Source: Octopus vulgaris (taxonomy: Eukaryota). Taken from it: a DNA stretch of 64,000 nt. A program made the translations under genes and the position numbers. Positions 56,741 to 64,000 of the stretch are shown one piece after another. Location: the NCBI GenBank assembly GCA_951406725.2, contig OX597842.1:3596001-3660000 (forward strand), given 5' to 3'. The notes below the pieces were generated by a model. It worked only from the letters and a program-made list of their open reading frames with translations, did not search any database and was not told where the DNA came from. Numbering within the stretch: the first letter of the stretch is position 1; each line of letters begins with the position of its first letter.

Positions 56741-57001
56741 ATGTCTGGCTTTTCAATTTACGATTCTTTTCGTTATTGGCACGGGGTCGTAGAATTTCTC
56801 ATTCCCACGATTTCAATTAATGTGTATCAGTGAAGATTTCTGGTTGTAGTCGTCTTCTGACTACTATTTTTAGCGTTCTGTTGCTGTTTGTAGCACACGT
56901 AATTATTAATTAATAATTTTTCACCTTATGGTATTTCTTATGCATGCTTTCCACTTGATATCATTGTAAACAATGATATCCTTATATATATATATATAGT
57001 T

Positions 57002-57081
<80 letters not shown>

Positions 57082-57087
57082 GACAGA

Positions 57088-57345
57088 CCCATGCTGGGTG
57101 TCATTCAGCAAGTCATTTGCTTCAAGGGATGCGATTTGTTTCTTGCAGACTATTCGTTCCATGACTTTGCTGAGGTTAGAGAGATAGGTCTATAAATTTT
57201 TGCATCTGCTCTGCTTCCAACGTTATGGAGAGAGCATATTATTCCATCCTTTTGTTTGCCTGGGAGCTTACTACTTGCAAGAAAGCTGTGGAAAAGATGC
57301 TGCAGTTTTGCAAGGACTCGTTTGCGCGATTTGAGAAGGAATGAT
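57088..57345 (-). pseudogene. CR1/L2-like reverse transcriptase N-terminal fragment
   Basis: SFLASSKLPGKQKDGIICSLHNVGSRADAKIYRPISLTS (NYRPISL-like motif). Confidence 0.75.
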
Positions 57346-57346
57346 A

Positions 57347-57386
<40 letters not shown>

Positions 57387-57389
57387 CAT

Positions 57390-58177
57390 TGTACTTTTAA
57401 ACATATAAGAGGCATCCATCATAGGATTCCTTGCACGCTAGAGAGAACAGTTAAATTCCAAACCACTATTAGCGATAAAATTTCGAAGGGGATGAAAAAT
57501 AAAAACATTACCATCTAACACCTGGACCAATGGTTTCAGAATTTCTTTAGCAAATAAAATAATTTGCTAGGCGAAGTCTTCTTCAGCAGGTACACCTTAG
57601 ATTAAATATATATACTCGAAGCAATCCAGTATATGCCCCGTGCTTATACATTCTAATTTTTCAAATTTATTGCGCAGGTGCAGCTCCTTGTCGGCAGTAA
57701 ATAAAATTCCGGCTTTTCAATTCGAAATTATCCAGAAAAAATTATCAGTAATTAATAATATCAAAGGGTAATCAGAAATATTAGAAATTTCCATTACCAG
57801 TGGCCTAGCATTTAAAAATTTAGTCAATAGCCTATATATTATTCATATAAATACAGTGTACATTTAAACACATAAGAGGCATCCATCATAGGACTCCTTG
57901 CATGCTAGAGAGAACAGTTAAATTCCAAACCACTATTAGGGATAAAATTTCGAAGGGAATGATTATTTTTATTTTTATTTTTCATTCCCTTCGAAATTTT
58001 ATCGCTAATAGTGGTTTGGAATTTAACTGTTCTCTCTAGCGTGCAAGGAGTTGGATGCTTCTTATGTGTTTAAATGTACTCTGTATTTATATGAATAATA
58101 AATAATCTATTGACTAAATTTTTACACGCTAGGCCAATGGTAATGGAAATTTCTAATATATCTGATTACCCTCTGAT

Positions 58178-58180
<3 letters not shown>
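57390..58180. mobile_element. Foldback element with ~205-bp arms (57757-58180) plus an upstream direct partial copy (57390-57505)
   Basis: 57757-57962 is inverted at 57982-58180; the right end abuts (TA)n. Confidence 0.85.
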
Positions 58181-58265
<85 letters not shown>

Positions 58266-59044
58266 TGTATGTATGTATGTATGCATGTATGTATGTATGT
58301 ATGTATGTATGTATGTATGTATGTATGTATGTATGTATGTATGTATGTATGTATGTATGTATGTATGTATGTATGTATGTGTGTATGTATGTATGTATGT
58401 ATGTTTGTATCAAACTAATATAAACTTCACTTTGCAATGTATTACCAAAAAGGAGAATTATAATTGTCACTAGAGTTTTGGAAAACACATACATTACTAG
58501 AAATAAGAGATAAAATGCTCTAAGGCCGTAGTTAACGCACATGTATGAAGGTATATACACTAACAGGGACCACAATTGACCGAAAAATGCCGATTCAGAA
58601 TTCTTTATAATGTCGGTGTTTCCTAAAACCCTAGTCACATTTAGTGACTTATTTTTAAGTCGCATATTCATCTGAATAGTTAAGTTACGCGAGTGTAAAC
58701 GGACTAATATTTGGTCAAACAGTAGAGAACAAGCACGAACACAAACACACACACAAACACACACACACACACATATATGTATCCCTTCGGGTTGTCCCGA
58801 GTCTATAGTAAAAGAATCTTGACCAAGGTGCCTCGCTGTGGGGCTGAACCCGGAACCACGTGGTTCGGAAGCAAGCTTCTTACCGCACAGTCACGCCTGC
58901 GCCTGTACACACAGCTACGCCTGCGCATATATATATATACATACATATTCACATACATAAGCACACTTATATACACACACACACACACTCACACATGCAT
59001 ATATACATACATGCATACATACATATATACATATCTCTTTTACT

Positions 59045-59260
59045 CTTTTATTCTTTTACTTGTTTCAGTCATTTGACTGCGGCCATGCTGGAGTACCACT
59101 TTTAATCGAGCAAATCGACCCGGGACTTATTCTTTTGTAAGCCCAGTACTTATTCTATCAGTCTCTTTTGCAGAACCGCTAAGTAACGGGGACATAAACA
59201 CACCAGCATCGGTTGTCAAGCAATGCTAGGGGGACAAACACAGACACACAAACATGCACA

Positions 59261-59309
<49 letters not shown>

Positions 59310-59470
59310 GACGGGATTCTTTCAGTTTCCGTCTACCAAATCCACTCACAAGGCTTTGGTCGGCCCGAGGCTATAGTAGAAGACACTTGCCCAAGATGCC
59401 CCGTAGTGGGACTGAACCCGGGACCATGTGGTTGGTAAACAAGCTACTTACACACAGCCACTCCTGCGCC
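59045..59470 (-). mobile_element. SINE family A, full length, with an expanded internal (TA)n
   Basis: Reverse complement of 44690-45085; another diverged copy at 59845-60218. Confidence 0.9.
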
Positions 59471-59491
59471 TACATATATATATATATATAC

Positions 59492-59726
59492 TTTATTTAA
59501 AAGCAGCAGAAAATTCAACAAAACCTGTTACTCTGAGTTTCACGTTCCCGTTCGTCGGACAGTTTTTGCAAGATTCTAGCAAAAACTGTCCGACGAACGG
59601 GAACGTGAAACTCAGAGTAACAGATTTTGTTGAATTTTCTGCTGCTTTAAATAAAGCATATTACTCTACCACTGGTATTTGAGTCCTCTTTTTTCCACCT
59701 TGTTTCACATTTCTGTGTTTACTTCG

Positions 59727-59730
<4 letters not shown>
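59492..59730. mobile_element. Near-perfect foldback (~78-bp arms, 9-nt loop) with two variant hammerheads, between (TA)n tracts
   Basis: CTGT-CCGACGA-ACG-ggaa-CGT-GAAACTC-a-GAGT-A-ACAG at 59586-59623 (+) and 59525-59562 (-). Confidence 0.85.
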
Positions 59731-59812
<82 letters not shown>

Positions 59813-60216
59813 ATATATATATTATATATATCTTTTATTTTTTAATCTTGTTTCAGGCAATTGACTGCGGCCATGTTGGGGCACCGCCTTTTTGTCGAAC
59901 TAATCAAGCACAGGACATTTTTAAGCTTAGTACTTATCCTGTCGGTCACTTTGCCGAACCGTTAAGTTAAAAGGACCTAAATACACCAAAAGTGGTTGTG
60001 AAGTAGTGATGGGTGTACAAAGATAGACACAAACATAGACACAAACACACACGCACGGATATATATACGACGAGCTTCTTTCAGTTTCCGTCCACGAAAT
60101 CTACTAACAAGGCCTAAGTTGACCCGCGGCTATAGTAGAAGACTCTTACCCAAAGTGCCATGTAGTGAGACTGAATCATGTGGTTGGGAAGCAACCTTCT
60201 TACCACACAGCCACGC

Positions 60217-60264
<48 letters not shown>

Positions 60265-60475
60265 TCAGAAACATCCATTCAAAATGTGACCGCGTGTGTA
60301 CCGTTGGCGATTTTTTTCTCTGTCTTCCCTTCTCTGGATCTTTCCTTCTCCTATGTTTCCGACGAGGAGCTCCGCTCGAAACGTTAAACCCCGCTTCTTT
60401 CCTCAGCGTCCAATAATACTATATTTGTTCCACGTCCTCGCGTTGTTGTGTTTTTTTGTGCTTTCTTGTTTGGAT

Positions 60476-60518
<43 letters not shown>

Positions 60519-60619
60519 GTTCCATCTTCTGTCTTGCTATCAATATACTTTATCAAAAAAGCAGCAAAAATGTCACAAACACTGTTACTCAGAGTTTCGT
60601 GCTCACGTTCGTCGGACAG

Positions 60620-60800
60620 CCGAAGCAAAGCCTAAAGCTGACTGGAATCACTCCCAAAGTCTGGGACATTGAAATTCAGGAGAGGCCCGGCTGGCATCAT
60701 TTCATCTCCACTGTGACAGATCATTTTGAAACTGAACGACAGAGGAAGAGAAACCACAAGAAAGAAAATGGAGGCTGCAACAACCAATGAACTTCCAGAC
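60620..60800 (+). pseudogene. RTE-like LINE C-terminal fragment
   Basis: KQSLKLTGITPKVWDIEIQERPGWHHFISTVTDHFETER resembles the post-RT region at 8630-8745. It directly follows a PLE-type end at 60558-60619 (-). Confidence 0.55.
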
Positions 60801-61079
60801 GCTTCCATGCAAGAATCGGTCCCATTAGGCACCAGAAGCATTAACACGGGGAAGAAGAAGCGCTCAAGAAGAAACCAAATAAACTATCGATCACACGATA
60901 AAACGCCGACGATTCTACATTAAAGGTTCATTAGTCAATACCGTGTCCGACATTTTGTGATCGTGGTGTGGTACAATCACTTTTAGGATGTCTCTACAGA
61001 TATTCTATAGAATTTAAAACCATTACTAAAAGTTACAACGTTTCGAATATGAATGAGATGTTTTACTGAAGAACACAGT

Positions 61080-61306
61080 TAACTGGTTTCCCAGTTTCCA
61101 TGTCGTATAAGGGACGGAAATCCCAACATTCCCTCTGAAGAGATCGCCGGCCCTACGTTGGGTTACAGGTGAATGGACTGGAGCGAAAAGATATGTAGTG
61201 TAGTGTCTTACGGAAAAATCTAATGCTGCAACCGGCCCTGAAATCGAAACTACAATCTTGCGATCATGGGCACAACACCCTAATCACTAGGTCAAACGCC
61301 TTCACA
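61080..61306 (-). mobile_element. Diverged SINE (head D, tail type 2-like)
   Basis: Minus-strand head GTGAAGGCGTTTGACCTAGTGATTAGGGTG; tail TATACGACATGGAAACTGGGAAACCAG resembles 53465-53495 (-). Confidence 0.55.
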
Positions 61307-61503
61307 CCCACCCCTTGTACTATGTCTTTCTAAAGATATTCGTATAATTGGAAATATCGAGATTCTCCCGAGGTGACGAAATCACGATGACGTCCGATTC
61401 AATAGCTGATGAAGGGATAATTCTGTTTATATCCATTTTATTTTGATCTTGTTTCTCTGTTTCCGTTGTCTTTTCTGCTTATTTTCTTTCCGTATTATGT
61501 ATG

Positions 61504-61571
<68 letters not shown>

Positions 61572-61739
61572 CATAACAAAAAAACCTCAGGATGAAATTT
61601 AGTAGAGATATCCGCCATATGTTATCGTCCATTCTGACATCTCGTGTCTCGTCTGCAAACTCAAACGAGAAGTGACATTACATTCCACATGTCCTGAATA
61701 TTTTGGGAGTGTAAGGGCACAATTCCACGCTCCCTTACC

Positions 61740-61778
<39 letters not shown>

Positions 61779-61861
61779 TCATACATTGTTCGGAAAGTGC
61801 TTACACTACACTCACATACATATGTACGCACACTGGCCTATATACAACACCGCATATATGC

Positions 61862-61945
<84 letters not shown>

Positions 61946-62259
61946 AAGTATATAAGTATCTATATGTATATATATACACATACACACAAACTGCCCATTT
62001 TCTTCCGCGAAAATTCACTCAAAACACATCATCAGTGACACGTATATATTATGCATGCGTGTGTTTCTGTGTATGAGAATGTGTGTGCGTATGTTTGCGT
62101 GTGTGTGTGTATGTGTGGGGGGACGTGTGTGTGCGTGTTATGGAGGGGGTGTAAATATACATATGCTGATACATATCTTGGAATAAATGTGTATTTTACT
62201 ATTTATATGTATACATATGCGTGTGTATATGGATATGTATATATGTATGTGTATATATG

Positions 62260-62300
<41 letters not shown>

Positions 62301-62723
62301 ACCAAATCTTCGTGTATATACATATTAAAGAACATATTTAACTGTAAATATATATATTTATGTATATATGTATAAATATATCTAGACAGACATATACGTG
62401 AGTATATTTTTGAGTGTACATGTCTGTATGTGTGTTTCTGTTTGTATGCATAAAACGTAAGCCTGTCTCTACATACATACACAATAGCAAATTCATATGT
62501 GTGCATAGGTGTGCGTGCGTGTTTGTATTTACACACATACACACATACTTACAAATACACACACACACACACACAAGCTTAATATGTAACCCATAAATAT
62601 CCGAGACAAGAAAAGGTCAGTGCTGACCTCTACATTGACAGTGACAACGAAATCTAGACATCTTGAATACCTGGGTGTCACTGAAGTATGTGGCGGGTGG
62701 TGGAGAGGTGACATACTGGTAGC

Positions 62724-62766
<43 letters not shown>

Positions 62767-62959
62767 ATTGTTGTTGTAGCAATGGTGGCGGTGATGGTGT
62801 TGGCGGTGTTGGTGTCAGTGGTGGAGGTTGTGGTTATGGTGGAGGATATAGGTGATCCGGTGTTTTGTTGGTAGTGATGCTAGTGGAGATCCTAGTGGTG
62901 GTGGTGGTGGTGGTGGTGGCAGTGACTGAAATGACGGGCTTAGATGTTACTACAAAAGT

Positions 62960-63390
62960 GGTAGGAAGGTGCTGATGATGATGATGATGAGGAGGAGTAG
63001 GAGGAGGCGGAGGAGGATGAAGAGGAGGTGGACAACGACGATGATGATGATGATAATGATGAAAATGATGATGATGAAAATGATGATGAGGAGGAGGAGG
63101 AGCGGGAGGATGATAATGATGATGATGATGACGATGATGGTGACGACGACGATGAAGATGATGATGATGTGGAGAAGATGAAAATGTGGACGTCGATGAT
63201 GATGACGATGACGCCGACGACAACAATACTGATGTTGAGGAGGAGGAGGAGGAGGAGGAGGAAGTGGAGGGCAAAGGAGATGAAAATGACGACGTCGATG
63301 AAGCTGGTGCTGATGATGTTGCTGCTGATGCTGATGCTGATGCTGATGATGACAAAGATGATGACGCCAATGATGGAGGTGGTGTTTGTT
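62960..63390. repeat. (GAT/GAG/GAC)n trinucleotide tract
   Basis: Direct reading. Confidence 0.9.
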
Positions 63391-63758
63391 GATAAGTTTT
63401 TGGTGTGGAAGCAGGAAAGAAAGAGAGAGAGAGGAAGAGAAAGATCCGGTGGGTGGGGAAAGTGGGGGTGGGGTACCTTTGTTGTGTTGTTTGTTTTGGG
63501 GCCGTAGGTAGATCTAGGGAGGATAGCGATGGCGGTGGTGCAGGGGTTTAGATAAAGACGGGGGGTATCAAGGGGTCTATATCCGTTAGCCGGGTTAACA
63601 TTAGTGGGTTCACTTACCGTAATGTAGAGAAGTGGTTGTCTTTGGAGGGTGTGTATGTGTGAGGGTGCGTTGATATGTGTGTGTGTGTGTATGTGCGTGT
63701 GTATGAATGTATGTCTGCGTGTGTATTTATGTGTGTGTGGCTGTGTGTATATATATGG

Positions 63759-63804
<46 letters not shown>

Positions 63805-64000
63805 TAGTACACACACACATATATGTCTGTGTATATACATGTGGCTGTGTGTATATGAGTATGTGTATGTGCGTGTGTGCTTATATATATATATGTGTGT
63901 GTGTGTGTGTACATGTGTATGAATGTATGTCTGCATGTGTATATATGTGTGTGTGGCTGTGTGTATATATATGGCTGTATATATATATATATATATATAT

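Overview
AT-rich eukaryotic non-coding DNA with no intact host protein-coding gene. The sequence is dominated by microsatellites ((TA)n, (TG)n, (TATG)n, (TCTA)n, (CAT)n, (GGT)n, (AGT)n) and by tRNA-headed SINEs; this repeat landscape suggests an octopus (coleoid cephalopod) intergenic or intronic region, which is an inference. Nearly all listed ORFs are microsatellite artefacts. The real coding remnants are decayed transposons: CRE-like, R4/Dong-like, RTE, Tx1/L1-like and CR1/L2-like non-LTR elements, mariner and hAT. There is also a non-autonomous Helitron and a 2.3-kb TIR element with an 8-bp TSD that carries a minisatellite. The most notable hidden signal is about 19 type-I hammerhead-ribozyme-like motifs of the Penelope-like-element (PLE) kind, from roughly nine sequence families. 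Many sit in short ORF-less foldback elements next to (TA)n tracts, always pointing outward from the centre. Other observations: a related foldback family with a conserved non-hammerhead three-way junction, a templated inverted insertion that may preserve a shorter ancestral microsatellite, and combinatorial head/tail swapping among SINEs. All structures were read by eye, with no folding program or database search.
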